Positions 9,807-18,814 of a stretch of DNA of 64,000 nt are shown one piece after another. The stretch is taken from contig OZ240681.1 in assembly GCA_965199165.1 (NCBI GenBank), positions 5,068,690 to 5,132,689 of the forward strand, written 5' to 3'. This DNA comes from Acetobacteraceae bacterium. Its GTDB lineage: Bacteria; Pseudomonadota; Alphaproteobacteria; Acetobacterales; Acetobacteraceae. The notes under the pieces were generated by a model. The model was not told the DNA's origin, searched no databases, and saw only the letters and a program-made list of their open reading frames with translations. A program made the position numbers and the translations under genes. How positions within the stretch are numbered: position 1 is the first letter of the stretch; every line of letters begins with the position of its first letter.

Positions 9807-10553
9807 TTGACCAAGACCATTCTCGTGACCGGCGCCAGCCGTGGCATCGGTCGGGCGACCGCCGAACTTGCGGGCGAGCGCGGCTGGTCGGTGGGCGTCA
9901 ATTTCGTTGGGCAGGAGAAGGCGGCCGAGGAGGTGGTGGCGGCGGTCGCGGCCACCCTAGGCCGCGCGATCCCGCTGCGCGGCGACGTGGCGGAGGAAGC
10001 CGATGTCATCGCCATGTTCGCCGCGACCGAGGACGCCTTCGGCCCGCTCGACGGCGTCGTCATCAATGCCGGGATCGCCGCCCAGGCGATGCCGCTCGCG
10101 GAGATGAGCGCCGCGCGGATGCGCCGCCTGTTCGAGGTCAACATCCTCGGCTCCTACCTCTGCGCGCGGGAGGCCGCCCGGCGGATGTCCCGCGGCCGGG
10201 GCGGCCGGGGCGGGTCGATCGTGCTCGTCTCCTCGGTCTCGGCGCGACTTGGCTCGCCGTTCGAGTTCGTTGACTACGCAGGCTCGAAGGCAGCGATGGA
10301 CACGCTGGCTTTAGGCCTCGCGAAGGAACTCGGGCGCGAGGGCGTGCGGGTGAACGCCGTGCGGCCGGGCCTCATCGACACCGAGATCCACGCGACGAGC
10401 GGCCAGCCGGACCGCGCGGCGCGGCTGGCGGAGACAACGCCGATCGGGCGCCCAGGCCACCCGCGCGAGATCGCCGAGGCAATCGTCTGGCTGCTCAGCG
10501 ACGCGGCGTCCTACACCAGCGGCGCGATCCTGGACGTATCGGGCGGCCGCTAG
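9807..10553 (+). CDS. SDR-family oxidoreductase
   Basis: ILVTGASRGIGRATA (TGxxxGxG), NAGI, YAGSKAA catalytic motif; TTG start as in the ORF track. Confidence 0.8.
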   Translation: MTKTILVTGASRGIGRATAELAGERGWSVGVNFVGQEKAAEEVVAAVAATLGRAIPLRGDVAEEADVIAMFAATEDAFGPLDGVVINAGIAAQAMPLAEMSAARMRRLFEVNILGSYLCAREAARRMSRGRGGRGGSIVLVSSVSARLGSPFEFVDYAGSKAAMDTLALGLAKELGREGVRVNAVRPGLIDTEIHATSGQPDRAARLAETTPIGRPGHPREIAEAIVWLLSDAASYTSGAILDVSGGR

Positions 10554-10650
10554 GCACATCTCCCTCGTCGCCCGGGCAGTCCTGGCCGGAGTACACCCGT
10601 TGCCTCGCAGATTAGAAGCGTGCGTCACGCAGGCGAAACGGTTAGCCGCT

Positions 10651-10731
10651 TGGTATAGGCGGGAGGGCCAGAGCAACCTGTCCTCATTGGTTACCGTAAC
10701 CTTCCGAACCTAAAACCTATTCTGGTATAGG
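10651..10731. promoter_or_regulatory. Two direct copies of TGGTATAGG (10651-10659, 10723-10731) flanking the palindrome GGTTACCGTAACC (10689-10701), upstream of the radical-SAM-like gene
   Basis: Read directly in a visibly lower-GC 240-bp intergenic region; function unknown. Confidence 0.3.
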
Positions 10732-10791
10732 AGCGCACCCCGACAATCGTCCAAAACAAACACAGAAGACTTGTCATCCTGGGGGTCGTCG

Positions 10792-11892
10792 ATGAGCGTG
10801 TTTGACTACGCGAATCACTTTGTCACGCAGTTGACGAAGCTGCATGATCCGGCAAGGCCGATGCAGATAGAGTTGCACCCTGGCTTGCATTGTGACCGAT
10901 ATCAGTGCCCGCATTGCTTCGGCCACGGTCAGCGCCCGCTCGCCGGGCGAACCCTGACCGCGGACGAGATCGACAGCGCCCTGGCCGAGGTCGCGCATTG
11001 CGATCCCCTGATCGTCATGTCGGGCGTCACCACCGAACCGCTGACGCACCCGGAGGCGGCGCGCATCGTCTACGCAATCCGCTCTCGCAACCTCCGGCTT
11101 GGCCTCTACACCAAGGGACTACGCTTCGACACCAAATGCATCGATGCGCTGCTGCAGGGGGAAGCCGAATGTTTTATCACCTTCTCGCTCGACGCCTTCA
11201 ATGCCGCCGACTACCAAACCCTGCACGCGATCAAATCCGGAGGCGCCGGCCGCGGCGAGGGCACGGCCGGTGAAGATTACTTCGAGCGCGTCTGCAGCAA
11301 CATTCGCGCCCTCTACGCAGAGAAACGGCGTCGCGGCCACCACACGCAGGTGCGGATCGCACTTCTCCTGTTCCGCGAAACCATCGACGACAACCTGGAG
11401 CGCAACATCGAGCCTCTGACGGAGATGGCGGACCTCGTGCGCGTCGCCGTCGCTCAGGACCGCAACGACGGCAGCAGGGTCGCCAATCTGCCGGAGGATC
11501 GCGAAGCGCTGCTGGCCAAGCTCGCTGCCCGGCTGCGCGATAATCCGAAGGTCCATGTTCTGGCCGATACCGCCGCCCCGACGCGGGATGCAACCTTCAG
11601 GCGATGCCACACCCAGAAGTTCCAGGTCACCATCGATAAAACCGGCAATCTCTACCCCTGTCCGCAGGTTGCCGTATCACCCTACGCTCACCTGGTCTAC
11701 GGCAATCTGCGCTCTGGGTCGCTCACCAGCCTCCTGCGCTCCAGCAAACGGCGGGAGTTGTCCGAGCAAGATGTGACCAAGGACATGCGTTGCCGGATTT
11801 GCGATCGGAAGGATGAGGCGATCAACCGTCTTCTCGACAGAATGGATCTGACGCCGAAGCGGGTGCCGGTCCTCGCCGGGACCGGCACGTAA
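10792..11892 (+). CDS. Radical SAM-like enzyme with non-canonical CX4CX2C cluster motif and a SPASM/twitch-like C-terminal region
   Basis: HPGLHCDRYQCPHCFGHG (C-DRYQ-C-PH-C). Core-like motifs VMSGVTTEPL (GGEPL-like), LGLYTKGL (TNG-like), FSLDAFN (SLDG-like). C-terminus CHTQKF..DKTGNLYPCPQ..YGNL..CRIC. ATG at 10792 preferred over TTG at 10771. Confidence 0.55.
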   Translation: MSVFDYANHFVTQLTKLHDPARPMQIELHPGLHCDRYQCPHCFGHGQRPLAGRTLTADEIDSALAEVAHCDPLIVMSGVTTEPLTHPEAARIVYAIRSRNLRLGLYTKGLRFDTKCIDALLQGEAECFITFSLDAFNAADYQTLHAIKSGGAGRGEGTAGEDYFERVCSNIRALYAEKRRRGHHTQVRIALLLFRETIDDNLERNIEPLTEMADLVRVAVAQDRNDGSRVANLPEDREALLAKLAARLRDNPKVHVLADTAAPTRDATFRRCHTQKFQVTIDKTGNLYPCPQVAVSPYAHLVYGNLRSGSLTSLLRSSKRRELSEQDVTKDMRCRICDRKDEAINRLLDRMDLTPKRVPVLAGTGT

Positions 11893-11901
11893 GGGCTCCG
11901 C

Positions 11902-12978
11902 ATGTCCAACGATCTGCTGCGCTGGGGCATCATGGGCAGCGGCCGCATGGCAAGGCAATTCGCGGCCGCTCTCGACCAGGCGAGGCTCGGGCGGCTTGCG
12001 GCGGTGGCTACGCGCGCGGCAAGCCTCCCCCCAATTGCGGAGTTTGCCGGCGCCCGCGTTCATCATGGCTACGACGCGCTCCTCGAAGACCCCGATGTCG
12101 AAGCCGTCTACATCGCAACGCCGCATCCGACCCATGCCGCGCTCGCCATCAGGGCGGCCGCCTGCGGCAAGCATATTCTGTGCGAGAAGCCGCTCGCGAT
12201 GAACGCCGCCGAGGCCGCCGCGATGACGCAGGCGGCCCAGCGCCACCACGTCTTCCTGATGGAAGCCTTCATGTACCGGGTCCATCCGCAGACGCTGCGC
12301 ATCATCGAGCTGCTGCGGGATGGCGCGATCGGCAAGCCGCGCCTCATCCAGGTGAGTTTCGGCTACGAAAAACCGTTCGATCCGCAATCACGTTATTTCG
12401 CGCCTGCACTCGGCGGCGGCGGCATTCTCGACGTCGGCGGCTATTGCACGTCGATGGTCCGGCTGATCGCGGGCGTGGCCGCAAATCTGCCGTTCTGCGA
12501 ACCCGAGACGGTGCAGGGCACGGCCATCATCGGCCGCAGCGGGATCGATGAGGTTGCGCTCGCGACCCTGCGTTTCCCGGGGGACGTTTTGGCGCAAATT
12601 TCGGTCAGCGTGTCGCTTGCGCAGGAGAACACCCTCCGCATCACCGGCACCGAGCGGCAGCTGGAGGTGCCGTCGCCCTGGTTCTGCAGCGGCAAACGGG
12701 GCGGCCGATCCAGTCTCATGCTCCGGGACCTGCGGACGCTGGATGGTCCGGTCGAGGAAATCGTGGTGGAGACGCCCGACTGGCTCTTCGCCATCGAGGC
12801 CGATGCGGCCGCGGCTGCGATCCGGCAACGGCAACCGGGTTCCATGCGAGACGCGCACGAGGCCATCTGGCCGGGCATGACGTGGGAGGACAGCCTGGGC
12901 AACATGCGGACGCTGGATCTCTGGCGCGAGCAGGTCGGCCTAGCCTATGAGGCGGCTCCGGCTGAGGAAGGTCACTGA
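11902..12978 (+). CDS. Gfo/Idh/MocA-family NAD(P)-dependent oxidoreductase
   Basis: LRWGIMGSGRMARQFAAAL, VEAVYIATPHPTHAALAIRAAACGKHILCEKPLAMN; starts 9 nt after the preceding stop. Confidence 0.85.
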   Translation: MSNDLLRWGIMGSGRMARQFAAALDQARLGRLAAVATRAASLPPIAEFAGARVHHGYDALLEDPDVEAVYIATPHPTHAALAIRAAACGKHILCEKPLAMNAAEAAAMTQAAQRHHVFLMEAFMYRVHPQTLRIIELLRDGAIGKPRLIQVSFGYEKPFDPQSRYFAPALGGGGILDVGGYCTSMVRLIAGVAANLPFCEPETVQGTAIIGRSGIDEVALATLRFPGDVLAQISVSVSLAQENTLRITGTERQLEVPSPWFCSGKRGGRSSLMLRDLRTLDGPVEEIVVETPDWLFAIEADAAAAAIRQRQPGSMRDAHEAIWPGMTWEDSLGNMRTLDLWREQVGLAYEAAPAEEGH

Positions 12979-12979
12979 G

Positions 12980-13432
12980 ATGCCGCTAGTCAAGATGCTC
13001 GGCCATGGGCAGGGGATCGCCGCGATCGAGGCCGTACGCGCGGAGCTGGATCGACGTCGCGACACGGCGATCGTCGCCGTCTGTGACGCCTATGGCGAGT
13101 TGATCGTATTACTGCGCATGGATGGGGCGCCGGTCACGTCGGTACAGGTCGCCATCAACAAGGCCTATACGGCGGCGCGCATGCGGCGCGCGTCCCGCGC
13201 CATCGGCGATATGATCCGCGACCCGGCTCGCGGCGTCGCCGCCAGCTTCTTCGGCGACGCGCGGATCGTCGGATGGGCAGGCGGAATGCCCGTCTTCGAC
13301 GGTAGCGAGGTCATCGGCGCCGTCGGCGTCAGCGGCATGTCGCAGGACCTCGACGAGGAGATGGCCAAGATCGGTGTCCAGGCGGCACAGGCGGCCTGGG
13401 CCGCTGGTGTGCAGGAGTCTCCCGAAGCCTGA
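12980..13432 (+). CDS. GlcG/HbpS-like (DUF336) protein
   Basis: AIVAVCDAYGELIVLLRMDGAPVTSVQVAINKAYTAARMRR.., GGMPVF..EVIGAVGVSGMSQDLDEEMA. ATG lies 1 nt after the upstream stop, with GAGGAAGG upstream. Confidence 0.75.
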   Translation: MPLVKMLGHGQGIAAIEAVRAELDRRRDTAIVAVCDAYGELIVLLRMDGAPVTSVQVAINKAYTAARMRRASRAIGDMIRDPARGVAASFFGDARIVGWAGGMPVFDGSEVIGAVGVSGMSQDLDEEMAKIGVQAAQAAWAAGVQESPEA

Positions 13433-13524
13433 ACCGGGACGCCCACCGCGTGATCGGCCTCCCGTCGATCCGGCAACAGGGATCGCCAGGGCGACACGAT
13501 GGAGACGATGCCTGAGCTGCATCG

Positions 13525-13555
13525 CCGGCTCTATGCCTGGGAGGCATAGAGCCGG
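13525..13555 (+). terminator. Strong hairpin: 13-bp perfect stem CCGGCTCTATGCC / GGCATAGAGCCGG with loop TGGGA, 90 nt after the GlcG-like stop
   Basis: Read directly; no clear U-tract, so intrinsic termination is plausible but unproven. Confidence 0.45.
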
Positions 13556-13654
13556 ACCTACAAAGTCTTATCCGCGCCTGACGGCGACGGCTATGTCTTC
13601 CGCCAGCCAGCAGGCGGAAACAGGCATTCGTTGCCGGATAAGGACATCCAATCC

Positions 13655-14395
13655 ATGGCAAAACTGTCAGGCAAGACGGCGCTCGTGACAGGCGGCTCGC
13701 GCGGCATCGGCGCTGGTATCGCCAAACGTCTCGCGGCCGATGGCGCGAGCGTGGCCATCACCTACACCACAGGCGCGGACGCCGCCGCCTCGGTTGTCCG
13801 CGCCATCGAACAGGCCGGTGGAAAGGCCGTGGCCTTCCAGGCCGACGCTGCCGATGCGAAGGCGGTCTCCGACGCGGTCGAACGGACAGTCGCAAGCTTT
13901 GGCCGGCTCGACGTGCTGGTCAACAACGCCGGCACCGCCATCCCGAAGCCGTTCCAGGACACGACGATCGAGGAGCTGGACCGCGTCATCGACATCAACG
14001 TCCGCGGGACCATGATCGCCACGCTTGCGGCGCTGAGACACATGCAGGACGGCGGCCGCATCATCATGATCGGCTCCTGCGTGGGCGAGCGGATGATGAC
14101 GCCCGGCCTCGTTCCCTATGCAGCCACAAAGGGCGCCGTGAAGATGTTCACGCAAGGTCTGGCACGCGAGGTGGGCGCGCGGGGCATCACGGTCAACAAC
14201 GTCCAGCCCGGTCCGATCGACACCGACCTGAACCCGGCGGCGGGAGATTGGGCCACGCCGCAGATCGCCAACACGGCGCTGAAGCGCTACGGCCAGGTCG
14301 CAGACATTGCCGCAATGGTCGCATTCGTTGCAGGCCCGGAGGCGTCCTATATCACGGGCGCCAACCTGACCGTCGATGGCGGCACCAACGCCTGA
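13655..14395 (+). CDS. SDR-family oxidoreductase (FabG-like)
   Basis: MAKLSGKTALVTGGSRGIGAGIA, NNAG, YAATKGAV, PGPIDTD. Confidence 0.85.
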   Translation: MAKLSGKTALVTGGSRGIGAGIAKRLAADGASVAITYTTGADAAASVVRAIEQAGGKAVAFQADAADAKAVSDAVERTVASFGRLDVLVNNAGTAIPKPFQDTTIEELDRVIDINVRGTMIATLAALRHMQDGGRIIMIGSCVGERMMTPGLVPYAATKGAVKMFTQGLAREVGARGITVNNVQPGPIDTDLNPAAGDWATPQIANTALKRYGQVADIAAMVAFVAGPEASYITGANLTVDGGTNA

Positions 14396-14507
14396 AGAAC
14401 CGTTGTCATGGTGCACCTTATGGGATCTAGGCGTTATCTCGTCCGTGGCGGCCGCGTAATGCTTCCGCCGCCGCCGATGCTGGCGGTGAACAGCGCAGGC
14501 AGCCGAC

Positions 14508-14612
14508 ATGGCAAACGCTTCAACCATCCTCGTGCATGGCGCGTGGGCTGACGGCTCAAGCTAGGCCAAGGTCATTCCGCTGTTGGCCGCCCATGGCCAC
14601 ACGGTTGTTGCC
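14508..14612 (+). pseudogene. Remnant of an alpha/beta-hydrolase N-terminus with an in-frame TAG
   Basis: MANASTILVHGAWADGSS*AKVIPLLAAHGHTVVAV: TAG at 14562-14564 where this family has Trp (TGG). Similarity is lost after ~35 codons. Confidence 0.55.
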
Positions 14613-14676
14613 GTGCTGCTGAGTTCGGCGCCATTCTTCGGAGTGTTCATCGGGGGCTGCTCCAGGTGATTGGGTT

Positions 14677-15513
14677 TTAGTTGCCCGATTCCGCCTTGTT
14701 CAGATCGATTGATGTGTCCCGGTTGAGATCCGCTTTCAGAAACTCCTCGTTCTCAGGCAAGGCGACATGGAAATCCTCCAGTTCCTGAACACGCAGCCGC
14801 ACCTGCCCCGTCTTGATCTGGAGCAGATGTCCGCCCTCGGTCCGGTCATCCGACAGGTAATGCATATGATACCCGGGCACGCTGACGGCCCCGGAAAAAG
14901 ACGGCGAATAGATGCCGACCAGGGTGCCACGGCTGCCGGTGAACTCGAACTCGTTCTGGGCCTTCGCGGCGTCGAGCAGGGTGGCGCCCGGCTTCGGCGG
15001 ACACACGGCCCTCGTCCTGACATGCCTGAACGGGCCATCGATCCGGAAAGCATAGAACAGGTTGTCCGATCGCCTGAAAGTGTCGAGATGAGCCTTCAGG
15101 TCGTCAATCGAATCCGTCGCTTCCATTGTCTGGTCGACCGTCGGGTCGAAGCGGGTGACGGTCGCAAAGGGCGCCTCGTCCTGCGGGCTGGCCTCCGAAA
15201 TGCGGCCGCTGCCCTCGATGCGAAAGATATGCCCGTCAACGACGATCATCTCGCCGTTCAGGCCCGCGAAGGTTCCGAGCCCGAAGTCGCCATGCTCCAG
15301 CAGCTTCTCGCAGGTGATCACGCCGCCATATTTGCCGGCGACGAGGGAGCGCGACGTGGAAACCTGGAACAGCGTGTGCAGCGGCTTGTCGAGATAGTCT
15401 GCGACGGCCTGCGTCACGAGGCTGCCGATCGAGCCGCCGCCTTGGCTTGATCGCTCATTCAGTTCCCGCAGAAGCGACGCCGGCAGGTCGAGGTTGAGAA
15501 TTGTCAACTCCAC
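14677..15513 (-). CDS. alsD: Alpha-acetolactate decarboxylase with an extended N-terminus
   Basis: LFQVSTSRSLVAGKYGG..LLEHGDFGLGTFAGLNGEMIVVDG.., NLFYAFRIDGPFRHVRTR, SVPGYHMHYLSDDRTEGGHLL. GGAGG lies near the start. Confidence 0.85.
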   Translation of the reverse strand: MELTILNLDLPASLLRELNERSSQGGGSIGSLVTQAVADYLDKPLHTLFQVSTSRSLVAGKYGGVITCEKLLEHGDFGLGTFAGLNGEMIVVDGHIFRIEGSGRISEASPQDEAPFATVTRFDPTVDQTMEATDSIDDLKAHLDTFRRSDNLFYAFRIDGPFRHVRTRAVCPPKPGATLLDAAKAQNEFEFTGSRGTLVGIYSPSFSGAVSVPGYHMHYLSDDRTEGGHLLQIKTGQVRLRVQELEDFHVALPENEEFLKADLNRDTSIDLNKAESGN

Positions 15514-15545
15514 CTCCTGTTGTCAGAGTTACTGGCGGCCCGATC

Positions 15546-15590
15546 CCGACATTTGCATCCACTTGCGGCAATCGCATAAGCAAATGTCGG
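15546..15590. promoter_or_regulatory. 11-bp perfect inverted repeat CCGACATTTGC ... GCAAATGTCGG (23-nt spacer), between the perhydrolase stop and the alsD start
   Basis: Read directly in a lower-GC 180-bp intergenic region; could be an operator or a transcript hairpin. Confidence 0.35.
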
Positions 15591-15692
15591 AACCAAAGGA
15601 CCTTGTCACGTTATAACTCTATTGGAGCTTCTGAATTTGCCGTTTAAGCATGAGCGTGCGGACGGCGATACTTAAACGTCGAATTCGTTCGA

Positions 15693-16517
15693 CTAGCTGC
15701 GGACGAAGGCCAGAAGATCCGGGTTGATCACCTCGGCATGCGTCGTCAGCATCCCGTGCGGGTAGCCGGGATAGATCTTCAGCGTGCCGTGCTTGAGGAG
15801 CTTGACCGAGAGCAGCGCCGCGTCCTTGTACGGAACGATCTGGTCGTCATCGCCGTGCAGCACGAGCGTCGGCACGTCGATGGCCTTCAGATCCTCGGTG
15901 AAGTCGGTCTCGGAAAATGCCTTGATGCCTTCGTAATGAGCCTTGGCAGACCCGATCATGCCCTGCCGCCACCAGTTCCCGACGACCCCCTCCACGGTTG
16001 TCACGCCGGGCCGGTTGAAACCGTAGAACGGCCCTGCCGGAAGATCGCGAAAGAACTGGGCGCGGTTGGCGGCGAGGGCGGCGCGCAGCCCGTCGAACAC
16101 CTCAATCGGCAGGCCGTCCGGATTATCCGGCGTCTTCAGCATGAGCGGCGGTACGGCAGAGACGAGCACGGCCTTCGCAACACGGCCGCGGCCGTGGTGC
16201 GCCACGTAGCGGGCCACTTCGCCACCGCCCGTCGAATGGCCGATATGGACGGCGTCGCGAAGCTGCAGGTGTTCCACGACCGCCGCCGCGTCGGCGGCGT
16301 AATGGTCCATGTCGTGGCCCTCTGAGACCTGGCTTGACCGGCCATGCCCGCGGCGATCAAAGGCGACGACGCGGTAGCCATGGTGGACGAAGAACAGCAT
16401 CTGCGCATCCCAATCGTCCGCGCTGAGCGGCCAACCGTGATGGAAGACGATGGGCTGGCCATGCCCCCAGTCCTTGTAGAAAATGTCGACGCCGTCTTTG
16501 GTCGTGACCACACCCAT
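15693..16517 (-). CDS. Non-haem chloroperoxidase / perhydrolase-type alpha/beta hydrolase
   Basis: [59 protein letters not shown]. Confidence 0.85.
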   Translation of the reverse strand: MGVVTTKDGVDIFYKDWGHGQPIVFHHGWPLSADDWDAQMLFFVHHGYRVVAFDRRGHGRSSQVSEGHDMDHYAADAAAVVEHLQLRDAVHIGHSTGGGEVARYVAHHGRGRVAKAVLVSAVPPLMLKTPDNPDGLPIEVFDGLRAALAANRAQFFRDLPAGPFYGFNRPGVTTVEGVVGNWWRQGMIGSAKAHYEGIKAFSETDFTEDLKAIDVPTLVLHGDDDQIVPYKDAALLSVKLLKHGTLKIYPGYPHGMLTTHAEVINPDLLAFVRS

Positions 16518-16714
16518 GACTACACATCCTTCCTTTGCTGTGTTGTTGCCAAACGCGGCAGAAGATCAGCTTTCTCACGATGACGCTCGTCGCGCGAGCG
16601 GCGTTCTCCGAGCGCGTTCGGGGCCAAGCCTACACCGGTTCGGACCCGTGTCGATGGATGGACAAAGAATGTTTTGGTTAAATTAGCCGCGGCGGTCGAG
16701 GCAGTAAGGTCTGA

Positions 16715-17569
16715 CTACGGACGTGGATAGCCCGCCAGCGCCGCCAGCGTCACCGCCATGCGGTCGCCGAGGCCGCGCGGGCGGATCTCGCCGGCAAGCC
16801 GCCGGTTGAGGTCGCGCCGGGCCAACACCCCGGGCAGCGCCGCCGCAACCGCCGGTCGCGGCACCGGCGGCCGCGTTGCAGCGTCGCGCAGCCAGGACCG
16901 GCCTTCCGCCGCCAGCATGCCGAAGACGCTCAGCATCGCAGGGTCGCCAGGATTGGCGCTCGCCGCCTCCGGCGTCAGCTGGTGCTCGGCCAGCAGATCG
17001 CCTGGCCAGGGCGCCCGCCCCTGTTGCGCCAGCACCAGCCGGCTGCGCAGCAGACCAGCCACGCCATAAGCGGCACCGCGGAGGCGCAGGCCTTCGAGTA
17101 CGGCGGGATCGCCGACGCCCAGCGCCTGGCCGGCGGCCACCGCCAATCCGCCGGCACCGGTGAGGAGCCAGCTCCGCCAGGCATCCATCGTCGGCAGATC
17201 ACCGTCGACCTCGGTCTCCCGCGCCTCGATCAGCGCCAGCAGCGTCGGGCGGTCCAGCCTGCCATCCGCGATCATGGCCAGCAGCGGCGTCGCCACCTCA
17301 TGCCCCTTCGCTTCGCCCTCCACCACCTCCCGCCACCACTGCAGGCGGATGAGGGCGAGCAGCGACTGGCTCGCCACGTCGCGGGCGCGGGCCAGTTCGT
17401 GGTTGAAGGCGTAGAGGGTAATGAGCGTTTCCCGCCGGTCAGGCGGGGCGAAGAGCACGGTCAGGAAGCGGTCCGGATCATGCCGCCGCAGAGCGTCGCC
17501 GAGGGGAGAGAGCATGCCGCGCGTGATGAACCGGGCGGCCAGCGGACGCAAGAAGCGGTGAGGCGACAC
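16715..17569 (-). CDS. Squalene/phytoene-synthase-family protein
   Basis: DPDRFLTVLFAPPDRRETLITLYAFNHELARARD, LIRLQWWRE; the true start may be the internal Met (MLSPLG). Confidence 0.65.
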   Translation of the reverse strand: MSPHRFLRPLAARFITRGMLSPLGDALRRHDPDRFLTVLFAPPDRRETLITLYAFNHELARARDVASQSLLALIRLQWWREVVEGEAKGHEVATPLLAMIADGRLDRPTLLALIEARETEVDGDLPTMDAWRSWLLTGAGGLAVAAGQALGVGDPAVLEGLRLRGAAYGVAGLLRSRLVLAQQGRAPWPGDLLAEHQLTPEAASANPGDPAMLSVFGMLAAEGRSWLRDAATRPPVPRPAVAAALPGVLARRDLNRRLAGEIRPRGLGDRMAVTLAALAGYPRP

Positions 17570-17703
17570 CGCGCGCGGGCGCGCGAGGGCCGGACGGGTT
17601 GACGCCCGATGCTCTCGGAATAAGGTGGCGCCGTTCCGGGCAGCCGCCCTTTCCTTTCCTCGCGGCCTGCCCTCACCCTCGAAAAAACAACGGAGCGCGC
17701 ATC

Positions 17704-18306
17704 ATGGCTTTCGAGCTTCCACCGCTGCCTTACGAGACCTCGGCACTGGCCGGGGCCGGCATGTGCCAGGAAACGCTGGAACTGCATCACGGCAAGCATC
17801 ACCAGGCTTACGTGACGGCGCTGAATGGCCTCGTCGAGAAGAACCCTGCGCTGCAGGGCAAGAGCCTGGAAGAGATCGTCGGGCTCTCGCACGGCCAGAG
17901 CGAGCTGGCGCCCGTGTTCAACAATGCGGGCCAGCATTGGAACCACATCCTGTTCTGGAAGAACCTGTCGCCCACGGGCGGCGGCATCCCCGGCAAGCTG
18001 GAAGCCAAGCTGACCGAGGATTTCGGCTCGGTCCAGGCCTTCAAGGACGCCTTCAAGACGGCCGCGACGACGCAGTTCGGATCAGGCTGGGCCTGGCTGG
18101 TCCTCGGCTCGGACGGCAAGCTGAAGGTCACGAAGACGCCGAACGGCTCCAATCCAGTCGCCACCGGCGAGGGCAAGGCGCTCCTCGGCCTCGATGTCTG
18201 GGAGCACAGCTACTACCTGGATTTCCGCAACCGCCGCCCGGACTACACGCAGAACTATCTCGACAAGCTCGCCAATTACGAGTTTGCCGCAGCCGAACTC
18301 GGCTAA
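17704..18306 (+). CDS. sodB: Fe/Mn superoxide dismutase
   Basis: MAFELPPLPY..LELHHGKHHQAYV, FNNAGQHWNHILFW, GSGWAWLV, LGLDVWEHSYYLDFRNRRPDY. Confidence 0.95.
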   Translation: MAFELPPLPYETSALAGAGMCQETLELHHGKHHQAYVTALNGLVEKNPALQGKSLEEIVGLSHGQSELAPVFNNAGQHWNHILFWKNLSPTGGGIPGKLEAKLTEDFGSVQAFKDAFKTAATTQFGSGWAWLVLGSDGKLKVTKTPNGSNPVATGEGKALLGLDVWEHSYYLDFRNRRPDYTQNYLDKLANYEFAAAELG

Positions 18307-18319
18307 CTCGCCCAGTCCG

Positions 18320-18346
18320 TTGCCCGCGCATCCGATGCGCGGGCAA
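18320..18346. terminator. GC-rich palindrome TTGCCCGCGCATC-C-GATGCGCGGGCAA between convergent sodB and yajC
   Basis: Read directly; 13-nt complementary arms, no U-tract on either strand. Confidence 0.5.
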
Positions 18347-18350
18347 TGCC

Positions 18351-18716
18351 TCAGGACACCTTGGCGGGCGTCACCGGCGGCTTCACGTCATTGGCGGCGA
18401 CCGGCTTGACGATCGCCGAGATCGTCTCACGCAGTACCGTCACCCGCACGTTCGGGGCAATCTCGACCTCGATTTCGTTCGAGCCTTCGCGTGTCTTCTG
18501 CACCGTGCCGAGGATACCGCCGGCAGTCACCACGCGATCCCCGCGCTTCACCGCGGACAGGCTGGCCTTCAGGGCCTTCTGCTTCTGCTGCTGCGGCCTG
18601 ATGAGGATGAAGTAGAACACCCCGAAGATGAGGATGAGCGGCGCGAATTGCGCCAGGCTGGCCATCGAGGACCCGCCGCCGAAGGACTGGGCATAGGCCG
18701 GTGAGATGAGGTTCAT
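18351..18716 (-). CDS. yajC: Preprotein translocase subunit YajC
   Basis: FAPLILIFGVFYFILIRPQQQKQKA..LKRGDRVVTAGGILGTV. Confidence 0.9.
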   Translation of the reverse strand: MNLISPAYAQSFGGGSSMASLAQFAPLILIFGVFYFILIRPQQQKQKALKASLSAVKRGDRVVTAGGILGTVQKTREGSNEIEVEIAPNVRVTVLRETISAIVKPVAANDVKPPVTPAKVS

Positions 18717-18814
18717 GCGGGGCGTCCGGGTTGCGGTGAATGGGGCCGGACCATAGTTTCCGGCCTCTGGCCGTCAAGCCTTGTTAAGACGAATCATGAA
18801 CGGACCCCCTGGCT

